The translations under genes and the position numbers were made by a program. A stretch of 64,000 nucleotides of DNA, taken from the NCBI GenBank assembly GCA_963815195.1, contig CAWFGE010000007.1, positions 288,001-352,000 on the forward strand, given 5' to 3'. The notes under the pieces were generated by a model. The model saw nothing but the letters and a program-made list of their open reading frames with translations. It was not told the origin of the DNA and made no database searches. The stretch comes from an uncultured Planctomycetaceae bacterium (lineage in GTDB: Bacteria > Planctomycetota > Planctomycetia > Planctomycetales > Planctomycetaceae). Every line of letters begins with the position of its first letter. Within the stretch, counting starts at the first letter, position 1. This document shows, one piece after another, positions 42,433 through 52,683 of the stretch.

Positions 42433-42810
42433 TCAACTCGCGGCACGGCCTTCGAGGAGCGTGCGGATTTTTTCTAGGAGCGAGGGGAACTCGATGGGCT
42501 TGGTTTCGTAGTCGTCGCAGCCCGCCTCCAAAACCCGCTCACGGTCCCCGGACATCGCAAGGGCCGTCAATGCGATGACGGGAATTGCCTCGGTCGCGGA
42601 ATCGGCTTTGATCAGCCGCGTCGCCTCGAGTCCATCCATCACCGGCATGCTGACATCCATGAGGACCAAATCCGGATTTTCCGACAGAACTTTCTCGCAG
42701 GCGTCCGCCCCGTTCACGGCAGTGGTCACTTCGTAGCCGCGCTTCTGCAAGCGGCGCACCAGGAAGTCGCGGTTCAGTTCTTCGTCGTCGACCAGCAAAA
42801 TCTTAGGCAC
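42433..42810 (-). CDS. Single-domain response regulator (DivK-like)
   Basis: ILLVDD, LMDVSMP, IALTA and ETKP; AGGAG RBS; GTG start. Confidence 0.95.
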   Translation of the reverse strand: MPKILLVDDEELNRDFLVRRLQKRGYEVTTAVNGADACEKVLSENPDLVLMDVSMPVMDGLEATRLIKADSATEAIPVIALTALAMSGDRERVLEAGCDDYETKPIEFPSLLEKIRTLLEGRAAS

Positions 42811-42887
42811 TCAGACTTCTCCTTGGTTTCGAACATTTCGCGTGGAAATGGGTTCTTCAATTCACGAGCTTAAAAAGTGGTTGAAAT

Positions 42888-43145
42888 GTGAGCGGTAGGC
42901 GCTAGCCTCCGGCTTTGATGGAACGCGAAAATCAGGGCCGGCGGCTAGCGCCTTGCCGCTCATGTTTTCGGGGCCGGCGGCTAGCCGCCTTGCCGCTCAT
43001 GTTTTCCGGGCCGGCGGCTAGCGCCGTGCCGCTCATGTTTTCGGGGCCGGCGGCTACGCGCCTTGCCGTTCATGTTTTCGGGGCCGGCGGCTAGCGCCTT
43101 GCCGTTCATGTTTTCGGGGCCGGCGGCTAGCGCCGTGCCGCTCAC
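42888..43145. repeat. REP family B left arm plus a tandem array of six ~36-bp right-arm units
   Basis: GGGCCGGCGGCTAGCGCCTTGCCGCTCATGTTTTCG repeated over about 42935-43145 (last unit partial); opposite arm GTGAGCGGTAGGCGCTAGCCTCCGG at 42888. Confidence 0.92.
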
Positions 43146-43165
43146 TTTGGCGTTTTTAAACACGT

Positions 43166-46100
43166 TCAGACCTTTCCCGAGGGGCCGCTACTGCGGGCGA
43201 CCCCCGCAAACTTCCGCACTTGATCCAGAAGCTGCTCCCGGCTGTAGCTGCCTTTTTGCAGAACTTGCCGGACTTCGCCGTTGAGCCAGTTCCGTTCGTC
43301 GGCCGTCAATTCCTTGGCCGTGATGACGACCACGGGCGTCGCGCTCCATTCGGTTCGCTTCCGCATTTCGGCCAAGAGCGAAAAGCCGTCCATCACCGGC
43401 ATCATCAAGTCGAGCAGCATCAGAGCCGGCCGGCAATTCGCCAGTTTTTCCAGGGCGACCTTTCCGTTTTCGGCCTCGGTCACGTTCCAACCGGCCCCCT
43501 CCAGAATCCGGGAGATGAGCGTCCGCGTGGAGTCATCGTCTTCCACCACAAGCACGTCATGATTTCCCTCGGCCGGATTCCGGTACCGCGACGCGAGCGC
43601 CATCAGGCGGTCCCGGTCGATGGGCTTCGTCATATAATCCGTCGCCCCCAAAGCGAGCCCCAGGTTCTTGTCGTCGACCATCGTCATCATAATGACCGGA
43701 ATCTGGCAGAGTTCGTCGTCGGCCTTGAGCGCGCTCAACACGTCCCAACCGTCCATGCTGGGCATCATCACGTCGAGCGTGATGAACACCGGCTGGAGTT
43801 CGCGGGCTTTTTGGATCCCGTCCTCGCCTCCCGCGGCCGTCACCACATGAAAGCCTTCTTTGGAAAGATACCGTTTGATCAGATCGCGGGCCGAGGCGTC
43901 GTCGTCGATTACCAGCACGGTGCCGGCTTTTCCATTGTGCTCGGCCTCTCTGGGGCCTGCTTCGGTTTCGGCCTCGTCGGCTTTGGCGGGCGGCTCCTTG
44001 AGGAGAGGGATTCTGACCGTGAACGTCGAGCCTTGGCCGTATTCGCTGTCCAGGACAATTTCGCCTCCCATCAATTCGCAGAGGTGCTTCGTGATGGACA
44101 GCCCCAGCCCGGTGCCGCCGTATTTCCGCGTGGTCGAGGCGTCGGCCTGCTGGAACTTCTGAAACAATTTCGCCTGCTGGTCGGGGGTGATGCCGATCCC
44201 CGAATCCTTCACGGCGAACACGACGCTGTCTTTCCCGTTCGCGGAATCCAGCGTGGCGTCCAGGCGGATTTCGCCGTGTTCCGTAAACTTGCAGGCATTG
44301 CTGAGCAGGTTGAACAGCACCTGGCGGACCCGCGTGCGGTCGGAATACAGCGTCTCGATCTCCGGATCGCAGGTCCATTTCAAGCGGTTGGAATTCTTGT
44401 TGACCAGCGGGTCCACGGCACTGACGACGCTCTCGATCATCGGTTGGACCTCGAACGATTCGTAGCAGAGCTCCATCTTGCCGGCTTCGATCTTGGACAG
44501 ATCGAGAATGTCGTTCACTAACGCCAACTGGTGTCTTCCGCCTTCGATAATCTTCTGGAGATCGGGGATGTATTTTTCGTTTCCGTCGTCTTCGACGTCC
44601 TCGATCAAGAGTTCCCCGTAGCCGATGATCGCGTTGAGGGGCGTGCGCAGCTCGTGGCTCATCTGGGCCAAAAAGGCGCTTTTGCGCGGTTGGCCTCCAA
44701 GGCGGCGTCGCGGGCGGTTTCCAATTCGGCCGCCGACTTGCGAAGCTCGTCCGTCCGCTCATTCACGCGGACTTCCAGGAGGCTCTTTTCTTTTTCGAGG
44801 TCCTGGTTCAATTCCTGAACCTTTTCCCGCTCTTCTTCGAGCTTGCGGTTTCGCTCGCGGATCTGGTCGGCCATGTTGCGAAAGGAGCGGGCCAAATCGC
44901 CGATCTCGCCCCGGTCGTTCACGGGCAGGACGACGTCGAAGTCGCCCGCGCCGAGCCGCTGTGTGGACGTGATAATCTTATGCAGCGGGCGGGTGATGAT
45001 CAGGGAAAACAGAACGGCCAGAATCGCGGCCCCGCCGCCGAACCCCAAGAGGGCCATGTCTCGAATCTCCGCCACTTCCGCATCGACGTCCGACCGCAGC
45101 TCCTCGTTCGACACGGCGACGGCCAGATCGACATAAAGGTCATTTTGCAATCCTCCATAAAACATCCGGACCTGATGCATCGCAAAGGTTTTGAGTTCGA
45201 CGGGTTCATTCCATTGAATCGTCCCAGGAATGCCCGCATCTTTGAGCAGGTCGGCGATCTTGTTCTGAAACTCCAGAACATCCGGCTTTCGCGGCGACGA
45301 GCACCGCAGCTTGAAGCGGGGAATCTCTTTCGAGGGCATTCCCGTGCGGTATTCCGGATGTTCCCGAAGCAGTGCGTAGAGTTTCGTTTTGAACTCGCTG
45401 CGCTGTTTGCCTTTGTCTGTGTCTTCAATTCTCCAATCAAGAACGTCGATCATCTCTTTTGGCAGGATCTCGCTGAAGCCGAACCACGAATGCAGCGACT
45501 CGAGCGCGGCGTTTTTCGACGTTTTGCCCCGCTCCTTGTTGTTTTTGGCTTCCTCCGAGCTCGTCGGTTGGTTCATAAACGTTTTAAAGTCGTCGTGCAG
45601 CTTGCGGAGTTCCCGCCCGGCTTTTTCGAGCGTCGCCCCCGTGCGGGTTTTGAGATCGAAATTCTCGCGCCGTTGCGGATGCTGCAGGAATTCGCCTTCC
45701 GAATTGATGACAAACAGAAAATGCCGCGGGGACACGGCCGTCTGCTCGTCCCGGCTCAAATCCGAATCCAACAAGCGGAAATGCAGCGTGCCCACCATGA
45801 CAAGCGCGGTGTCGCCGTGGTTTGCCTTGTGGAGTTCGGGGGGAACTTGAATCGCCAATTGCAGCGTGAGCCGCCGTTGATACGGCCATCCGCCCGGCAA
45901 ATCGCCCGCATCCGGGTCGGAGTCGTAAACGATCTCGGCCTGACCAAATTCCGACGTGCAAATCAGCGACGCCCCCTCCTCGCGGATGGACTTGAACAGC
46001 TCGGCTTGCGTCGTGGGCTCCGACACCGCGCGAACGCTCGGCTTTCGGACTTGGGCCACGGGCTCGGCCGCCTGCGGTCTTCCGTCCGGCGCCACGGCCC

Positions 46101-46443
46101 AGATTTCCACCTGGACGAGGTCGCCGAACGACTCCACCAACTTTTCGGCGGCGTCCCGCCACTCTTCTAACACGACTTTCTTTGGCTCGCCCGCCAGCAA
46201 TGCTCCGGCGGAAACGTTGTCGGGGACGGATTTTGCCAACGTCCAGAAATCTTGGCGAAAAATCGTGGTGGACTGTTTCATGCGCTGGGCGGAAAGCTCG
46301 GTTTCATCCGCCAGGTCCACGACTTCGTGCTCGATGACGTGCTCCACCGACTTGCTCAACACCCAACGCGAAACGATCCCTGCCGTGATGAGCACCAAAA
46401 CCGTCGTGAGCAGGCAAATCTTGGCCCCGATGGTGATTTTCAT
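43166..46443 (-). CDS. Hybrid sensor histidine kinase (TM-periplasmic-TM-HAMP-HisKA-HATPase-REC-REC); frameshift near 44680
   Basis: ANRAK|SAFLAQMSHELRTPLNA is joined by adding one A in an A-run; NLLSNACKF, DSGIG and GGTGLGL; two receiver domains. Confidence 0.93.
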
Positions 46444-46729
46444 TTTCGATCGGCTTCCCGCAGGATGTGAAGGTTCGGCGCGGCGAATGGCGGAGTCGAT
46501 GGACCAGAGAAAACCCTAGATTAACCCGGAGTCACCCGCTGAGCAAGTGGCAACCACGCCGGCAAAATCAGGTTTCGCCCCTTTTAATCCTGAGATACCG
46601 TTCAACCACTAAAACCGGTCTCGATGGTCCACGAAGTCGGCCGCGATGACGCAAACGGGTGATGAAAAGCGGGCCTCCGGTTGCAAGTTTGGGCTCTTCC
46701 GACGAAACGCCCAATTCCCCGCAACGGGC

Positions 46730-47281
46730 TCAGGGGGCGGACGCGAGATCGAAGAACGAGTCGAGGGTGATGATGATCAGCATCATCACGCCGATAATCA
46801 ACTTGCCCGCCGTTCCCAACAGCCGGCCGATGAAGGCCCCGCGGCCGATGGCCATCCGCTGGGTGTGGGGAATGCCGGTCCCCATCTCGCCCAGGTAGGC
46901 TCCCAGGTAAGCCCCCACCGATCCGCCGACCAAGGCTCCGATCAACGGTCCCACCACCGGGACCGGCAGCCCGATCGCAGCCCCGGTGAGGCTGCCGACG
47001 ATCGCGCCCAGAATCGCCGCCACCACGCCCCGGCGGCTGCCGCCCAGCTGAGCGGCCCCCGCGGCCCCGGCAAGAAACTCCACAATCTCCCCCAATACCG
47101 CCAGCCCCAACGCCACCCAGACGACGGTCCAACTGATCCGCGGGTGCAAATCGCTGGGCAACAGGTAGGCGTAAAGCACGGTGAAGCCGAGCATAAACCA
47201 GTTGCCGGGCAACGTAAACAGCGTGGAAATCCACGAGAGGACATTTCCCGCAAACAGGAATATGGCCCAAACGTAAACCAT
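46730..47281 (-). CDS. DUF456 family membrane protein
   Basis: LPGNW, GEIVEF, GGSRRG and Gly-rich TM helices. Confidence 0.85.
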   Translation of the reverse strand: MVYVWAIFLFAGNVLSWISTLFTLPGNWFMLGFTVLYAYLLPSDLHPRISWTVVWVALGLAVLGEIVEFLAGAAGAAQLGGSRRGVVAAILGAIVGSLTGAAIGLPVPVVGPLIGALVGGSVGAYLGAYLGEMGTGIPHTQRMAIGRGAFIGRLLGTAGKLIIGVMMLIIITLDSFFDLASAP

Positions 47282-47508
47282 CCGGGGCGGCTCCTCGAAA
47301 ACCAGCGGTCAAATGCATTCGTTCCTTTCCATTGTCGCGGTCGATGTTCGTTTGAGAAGCCCGGAATGTTTTTCCCAATATTTTCCGCGATTTGGGGAAT
47401 ATAGAAGAAGAGCGGGTTTGCGGACGATTTTGCGCTGATTTTTGGAGAAAATCGTGATGGCCCCGTCCCCATTCGGTAAAATGGAACGAGGAACCAGGAA
47501 CTTTCAGG

Positions 47509-48120
47509 ATGCAACCGTTATCGATTCGCTGCCCGCTTTGCGGCAATGAGAATCTCTTTCCGCCCCAATACGCGGGGAGGACGCTTTCGTGCGCGCACTG
47601 CGGGGAACGCTTGCCCGTTGCCGCTCCGGGCCAGGGGACCGTTGCCCTACCGGCCGGTTCGACGCAGACGCAAAGCCCGGCCCGCGAGACGGGACTCCGG
47701 CGGTTGATGCGCGCGATTTGCTCCGGTTTTTGCCTCGTGTGCTGTCTGGTGCTCGGAGCGGCGGGCGGCGGTTGGGCGGGGATCGAATTGGCTTTCCGGG
47801 TGGGCGTTTTGGGATATCTGATCGCCCTCGTCACCTGCCCGGCGGGAGGTCTGTTGGGGCTTTGGGCGGGACGCTGGCTGGGCCGGGGCTTGGGACGGTT
47901 TTTGGGGTCGTACCGGTTAAGCCTGCCGGGCATGTTCGCGGGCTTTGGGGGCGGTCTCTTGTATTGGGGGCATACGGTCGAGTCTTCGTACTCCCGCTTC
48001 CTCGCCACAGAGTTGGCTTGGAATGAATGGCTGCTTTTGTCCGTGGCGTTGGCGTGCGGCGGCCTGGTGGCGGCGGTTCTCGCGATGCTTCTCGACGCCG
48101 TTTTGAATTTCACCCGCTGA
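47509..48120 (+). CDS. Zinc-ribbon membrane protein
   Basis: CPLC..CAHC followed by 4-5 Gly-rich TM segments. Confidence 0.7.
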   Translation: MQPLSIRCPLCGNENLFPPQYAGRTLSCAHCGERLPVAAPGQGTVALPAGSTQTQSPARETGLRRLMRAICSGFCLVCCLVLGAAGGGWAGIELAFRVGVLGYLIALVTCPAGGLLGLWAGRWLGRGLGRFLGSYRLSLPGMFAGFGGGLLYWGHTVESSYSRFLATELAWNEWLLLSVALACGGLVAAVLAMLLDAVLNFTR

Positions 48121-48451
48121 ACTGGCAGAGATTGACGGCTGGGAAATCTTCACGGAATCGTTCCCCCCGTCTCTTCGGCTTTCCCGCGAACGCCGAGGAA
48201 ATTCTTGAAATAAAGCCCGGCCCGCTTCCGATACTGCGCTGTGAGAGAAGCCGGGTTTTACCCAAATCTTCCATGGATGTTTGCTGTGTGTTGAAGGGAA
48301 TCCCTCGGCCCGGTCCATTGGAGTCTCTCACGCGGACCATGACGGGACCTGCTCGGAGAGGATGCCGAGAGCCTGAACCACAAGGACCACGCTGGTGCCT
48401 GCCGAGGTTTCGGAGACGATCTCCCACCAGCCTGACATAGCGGGGGACCGG

Positions 48452-49414
48452 ATGTTAAAACCGATGTGTTTTTCACGTGGGCTGCTGATGCTGGGGGCGC
48501 TCGCCTTGCTGCCTTGGGGCACGGCGTCGGCCCAGATGGTGGTGCCCGGTACGGGCTACCGCATCGCCTACGACGACTTTGAAGCCGACGGGTGGGATTT
48601 CTTTCACAACCACCCCAAAAGCAGCGAAGAGCAGGATGGACAGGTCCGCCAGCCGGCGGGCTACTCCAACAACGGCATGTGGGGCGAAGGCCTGAAGCGC
48701 GGCCAGCCCGATTATCTCAAAACGATCGAAACGCCCGCCGGCGGATTGGAAGGCAGCAAGCGGGCTTTGCTGATGCGCACCCGCGACGCGGGCCGGCCCG
48801 GCCTGCACAGCTTCAAAATGCAGCAGGACGACCTGATTTTTAATACATTCGCCCGCACCGGCGGAGCGATCCCGATTTCCCAATCGCCCAGCGCCGTCGT
48901 CCGGGTGTATTTCCCGCCTTTCGAGCAATGGGATCCCGTGACGGGCACGACGTTTGGACTTCGCGGCGACCTGACCACCACAAAAACCGAAGAAGTTACC
49001 AAGCGGTTTTTGTTCATCAAACGCAAGAAAAAAGAGGAAAAGACCGAGCTGTATTGGCCGGGGCTGTTTGTGCAGTTCAATTCCAAGAAAGACCCCAAGA
49101 ACGCCGAGGATTCCGCGTTTTTCATCATCCGCTGCGATTCGTCGGGAAAGGATCTCGTCGGGCCGCAGATCAAGCAGTTGGGCTGGTGGACGCTGGGGAT
49201 GTCCTTCACGCCCGACGGCCGCGTGCATTATTTCGCCAGTCCGGGCGTCGATAATCTCACGTACCGCGACCACATCGCCTCGCATTATCCCTACGGGTAT
49301 AAAACCGAGCAGTTCAATACGATGTTCTTCAACATCACCAGCCGCGACGATGGCCGAACGTGGTCCACGCCTTGGGTGGTCGACGACATGGAAGTTTTCG
49401 TCCGCCGGCGTTGA
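48452..49414 (+). CDS. Exported hypothetical protein
   Basis: Signal peptide ending ASA; aromatic/beta-rich sequence; strong GC3 coding pattern. Confidence 0.8.
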   Translation: MLKPMCFSRGLLMLGALALLPWGTASAQMVVPGTGYRIAYDDFEADGWDFFHNHPKSSEEQDGQVRQPAGYSNNGMWGEGLKRGQPDYLKTIETPAGGLEGSKRALLMRTRDAGRPGLHSFKMQQDDLIFNTFARTGGAIPISQSPSAVVRVYFPPFEQWDPVTGTTFGLRGDLTTTKTEEVTKRFLFIKRKKKEEKTELYWPGLFVQFNSKKDPKNAEDSAFFIIRCDSSGKDLVGPQIKQLGWWTLGMSFTPDGRVHYFASPGVDNLTYRDHIASHYPYGYKTEQFNTMFFNITSRDDGRTWSTPWVVDDMEVFVRRR

Positions 49415-49450
49415 GCTTGGCTTCTGCCTGTGAAATTAGGTAAGCTTCAC

Positions 49451-49495
49451 AATCACCGCGGTCCCCGGAAAGCACTGGGAACCGCGGTGATTTTT
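49451..49495 (+). terminator. Rho-independent terminator
   Basis: AATCACCGCGGT/ACCGCGGTGATT stem followed by a T-run. Confidence 0.65.
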
Positions 49496-49496
49496 C

Positions 49497-49814
49497 CGTA
49501 GCGGCCGCTTCCAGCCGCCGACTTGACCGATCATCGACTTGATTCTTCGGCGGCCGGAAGCCACCGCTACGAAAACTAACAGTTCTGGGTGGCACGTCCC
49601 TGAGCCTCAGCGAAGGGCGTGACAATTGCCAAGACCACGCCCTTCGTGCCTCAGGGCGTGCCACCCCGATTCCCTTGAAATGAGCGAATCAAGATTTTCC
49701 ACCGATTTTTTGAGACACACCCGCTTGGCCTGGCTTGTGCCCGCAAACGTGGAAAAAGAGCCGCGCACGCAGTCAGCGGTCCATTTTTCTTCCCGCTTAC
49801 TGCGTGCGCGGCTC
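49497..49814. repeat. Mosaic of three REP-like families (GTAGCGG..CCGCTAC pair, family C pair, family A pair)
   Basis: Inverted pairs at 49497-49571, 49587-49666 and 49758-49814. Confidence 0.75.
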
Positions 49815-49839
49815 ATCTAAGAACCCCTAAACAATTGCC

Positions 49840-50139
49840 ATGCAACGCTTTCTGGTCAATTACCTCCAAAGGCATCAGAACCGCTGGAACCAATGGCTCC
49901 ACATGGTCGGCGTGCCTTTGACGTTTGTGGTTTCCCTGGTCCTGTTGGTTCTGGGATTGGGCTGGTGGGCGCTCGGGGCGTTTTTGGGGGGATACGCGCT
50001 TCAGTTTGCGGGGCATGCCATCGAAGGGAACGATGCGGGGGAAGTTGTGCTTTTCAAACGCTGGCTGGGGCGGCCCTATACAGAATTCGGCCCCCAAGGG
50101 CTGGCGATGAAGGCGGATCAGTCAAAGTCTAACGATTAA
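49840..50139 (+). CDS. DUF962 / Mpo1-like membrane protein
   Basis: YLQRHQNRWNQWLHMVGVP and LQFAGHAIEGN. Confidence 0.85.
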   Translation: MQRFLVNYLQRHQNRWNQWLHMVGVPLTFVVSLVLLVLGLGWWALGAFLGGYALQFAGHAIEGNDAGEVVLFKRWLGRPYTEFGPQGLAMKADQSKSND

Positions 50140-50196
50140 CTCGCCGATACTGATTCTATCACTTGTGCTGAAAGTGCGGAATCAGGAGAGGCGGCA

Positions 50197-52614
50197 ATGG
50201 CAAACTGGCGATTGGGATGGGCCGGCCCGGTGGCGGCCCTTTCGGCCGTTTTAATCGGGTGCGCGGACAATCCGGCCAAACTGCACTACTTGGGTCATGC
50301 CGATCTCAATTACTACAAAGACCACGCCACGAGCATCGACTATACGACCGTGGACTCCCCGACGGCGTGCGATGTGATGGCCACGCAGAAGCCGCGGGCC
50401 GTCAACGATCGCCGCGAGGATGAGATCCGCGATCTCTCCCTCCAAGAAGCCATCCGGGTCGCGCTCGAAAACAATCCCATCGTGCGAAGCAGCGCCCAGT
50501 TGGTGTCGCCGAGCAATCCCGTCCTCGCGCACCCCGACGGCTTGCCTTCGATTTACGACCCGGCGATTCAGGAATCGGGCGTGCTCTTCGGCGGGCGCGG
50601 TGTGGAATCGGCTCTCTCGCAGTTCGATCCCACCTGGACGACCTCCATGACGTGGGGCCGAAACGAGCAAATCCAAAACAACGCGTTCCTCGCCGGGGGC
50701 TTGCAGAGTGGAAACACGCTGGTTCAGGAGACGGGCGTTTTCAACACGCAGCTCCAAAAAACCTTCGCCGACGGGGGAACCTTCTCCGTCACGCATAACT
50801 GGAATTATCTGGGGGTGAACATTCCCAACCAGCTCTTTCCGTCATCCTACGCCGGTTCGGTCGGCGTCGGGTACTCCTTGCCGTTATGGGCCGGAGCGGG
50901 AACCGAGTTCACGCGGATTGCCGGCCCGGTGGCCAATAGCTTCGGCGGTTTATCGGGCGTCACGCAAGGGGTGTCGATCGCCCGCATCAACAACGACATC
51001 ACCCTCGCCGACTTTGAGCTCGCGGTGAGAAACCTCACCAAGGACGTGGAAGACGCCTACTGGGATCTCTATTTGCAATACCGCCTGTACGACACGGCCG
51101 TCAAAACCCGCAACAGCACTCTGGCGATTTGGCGGAAGACCCATGACATTGTCGTCATCGGCGGGAAAGGCCCAAACGACCTGACCAACGAAGCGCAGGC
51201 CCGCGAACAGTATTACGAAACCCGCGCCGCGGCGGCGACGGCGCTCGGCAATCTTTACAAGGCCGAGGTGCAGCTCCGGCGGCTTATGGGCCTGCCCTCG
51301 AACGACGGGTACATGCTCCGTCCGTCCGACGAGCCGCCTCTGGCCGAGCTCGTTCCCGATTGGGAAATGAGCCTGGCCGAAGCCCTGACGAACCGCGTCG
51401 AACTTCGGCGTCAAAAGTTCAACGTCAAAAGTCTCGAACTCCAACTGCGGGCCGCTCGGAGTTTGACCAAACCCCAATTGAATTTCGTGTCCAACTACCG
51501 GGTGAACGGATTTGGGGACAATCTGCTGGCCTATACCGACAACGACAAGAGGAACACGTCGCAGGGCCTCAACAGTGCCTACGGGTCGCTCACCCAAGGC
51601 AATCAAACCGGTTGGAATTTAGGATTCCAGATGTCGATGCCGTTCGGCTTTCGCTCGGCCCGCGCCCAGGTGCGCAACGTGGAACTGCGACTGGCCAAGG
51701 CGCGGGAAATCCTGGCGACCCAGGAAATGGACGTCAGCCACGAAGTCGCGGTGGCCTATCAGGATCTGGCCACAAACTACGCGGCCGCGCAGTCAAACTT
51801 CAATCGTTTGCGGTCCTCCGAGTATCGCGTGGAATTGTTCCGCAAACGGAGTTCCGTTGAAGAAGTGGACCTGCCCTTGCGAGCCGAGTTGTCCCGGGCC
51901 CTGTCGGAGTCGGCGTTCTATACGAATCTGTCGAATTACGCGAAATCGATTGCCGCGTTCCACTTCGCCAAAGGCGATTTGTTGGAACTCAACAACGTGC
52001 ACCTTGCGGAAAGTTTGTGGACCCCGGAAGCATATCAGCAGGCTCTCCGCCGGGCGATGGCTCGCAGCCATGCATTTCAGAACCAGTTCTTGCACACGGA
52101 ACCGGAAGAGTTTGTCTATCCGGGGGACGCTCACGACGTGACGATCGAACCTTCCGGTTCTCCCGAACCGGACGGCGCGCCGCAGCTGGAAGACTTGCCC
52201 GTGGAAGTGCCTTCTCCCGGGACAGAGATGCCGAATTTGATCCCGCCGGCCCGCGAGAAAGAGCCGGCTCCCATGCCGACGCCGGCTCCCGCCGCGACGG
52301 AAGCGGGCGCCTCCTCGTTCCGTGACCCGACAGCGGAAGAAGTCTGGGACCGCACACCTTGGCCGCAAAGACAACAGCCTGGCTTGGAATCCCGGAACCT
52401 GGCCCGCGTGCGCGAACGCACACAGTCTCGCCGGACCGAGGCCGCTTTGCCCAAGTCGGTCACCGGCACGAAAGCCGGAGTCTTAAAACCCGCGGCGGGG
52501 CAAGCCGGGACCTTGACGCCCGCGGTCAATCAAGCGGGCTTCTTCCCGCTCCCGGACACGAACGCCCCGGAAGAACCCCTCCACTTGGACGCCCAGCGCG
52601 ACTTGCTGCAATGA
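50197..52614 (+). CDS. TolC-family outer-membrane efflux lipoprotein, planctomycete type
   Basis: LIGC lipobox-like; LSLQEAIRVALENN, DVEDAYWDL, ALTNRVELRRQ and PQLNF; long disordered tail. Confidence 0.88.
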   Translation: MANWRLGWAGPVAALSAVLIGCADNPAKLHYLGHADLNYYKDHATSIDYTTVDSPTACDVMATQKPRAVNDRREDEIRDLSLQEAIRVALENNPIVRSSAQLVSPSNPVLAHPDGLPSIYDPAIQESGVLFGGRGVESALSQFDPTWTTSMTWGRNEQIQNNAFLAGGLQSGNTLVQETGVFNTQLQKTFADGGTFSVTHNWNYLGVNIPNQLFPSSYAGSVGVGYSLPLWAGAGTEFTRIAGPVANSFGGLSGVTQGVSIARINNDITLADFELAVRNLTKDVEDAYWDLYLQYRLYDTAVKTRNSTLAIWRKTHDIVVIGGKGPNDLTNEAQAREQYYETRAAAATALGNLYKAEVQLRRLMGLPSNDGYMLRPSDEPPLAELVPDWEMSLAEALTNRVELRRQKFNVKSLELQLRAARSLTKPQLNFVSNYRVNGFGDNLLAYTDNDKRNTSQGLNSAYGSLTQGNQTGWNLGFQMSMPFGFRSARAQVRNVELRLAKAREILATQEMDVSHEVAVAYQDLATNYAAAQSNFNRLRSSEYRVELFRKRSSVEEVDLPLRAELSRALSESAFYTNLSNYAKSIAAFHFAKGDLLELNNVHLAESLWTPEAYQQALRRAMARSHAFQNQFLHTEPEEFVYPGDAHDVTIEPSGSPEPDGAPQLEDLPVEVPSPGTEMPNLIPPAREKEPAPMPTPAPAATEAGASSFRDPTAEEVWDRTPWPQRQQPGLESRNLARVRERTQSRRTEAALPKSVTGTKAGVLKPAAGQAGTLTPAVNQAGFFPLPDTNAPEEPLHLDAQRDLLQ

Positions 52615-52683
52615 CGGGCGGCCGCGTGTCGCCTCACCGGAGCGAGGTTGTCCGAGAGAAACAGCGGTTTCCGCGCCTCGGAT

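Noticed and set aside
42935..43145. CRISPR array
   Set aside because: Units are head-to-tail with a near-constant 9-10 bp linker and no unique spacers; no cas genes are present; the unit matches a dispersed REP family.
44670..44690. Programmed frameshift or phase variation in the hybrid kinase
   Set aside because: The A-run is very short, and similar indels occur throughout the window, so sequencing error is the simpler explanation.
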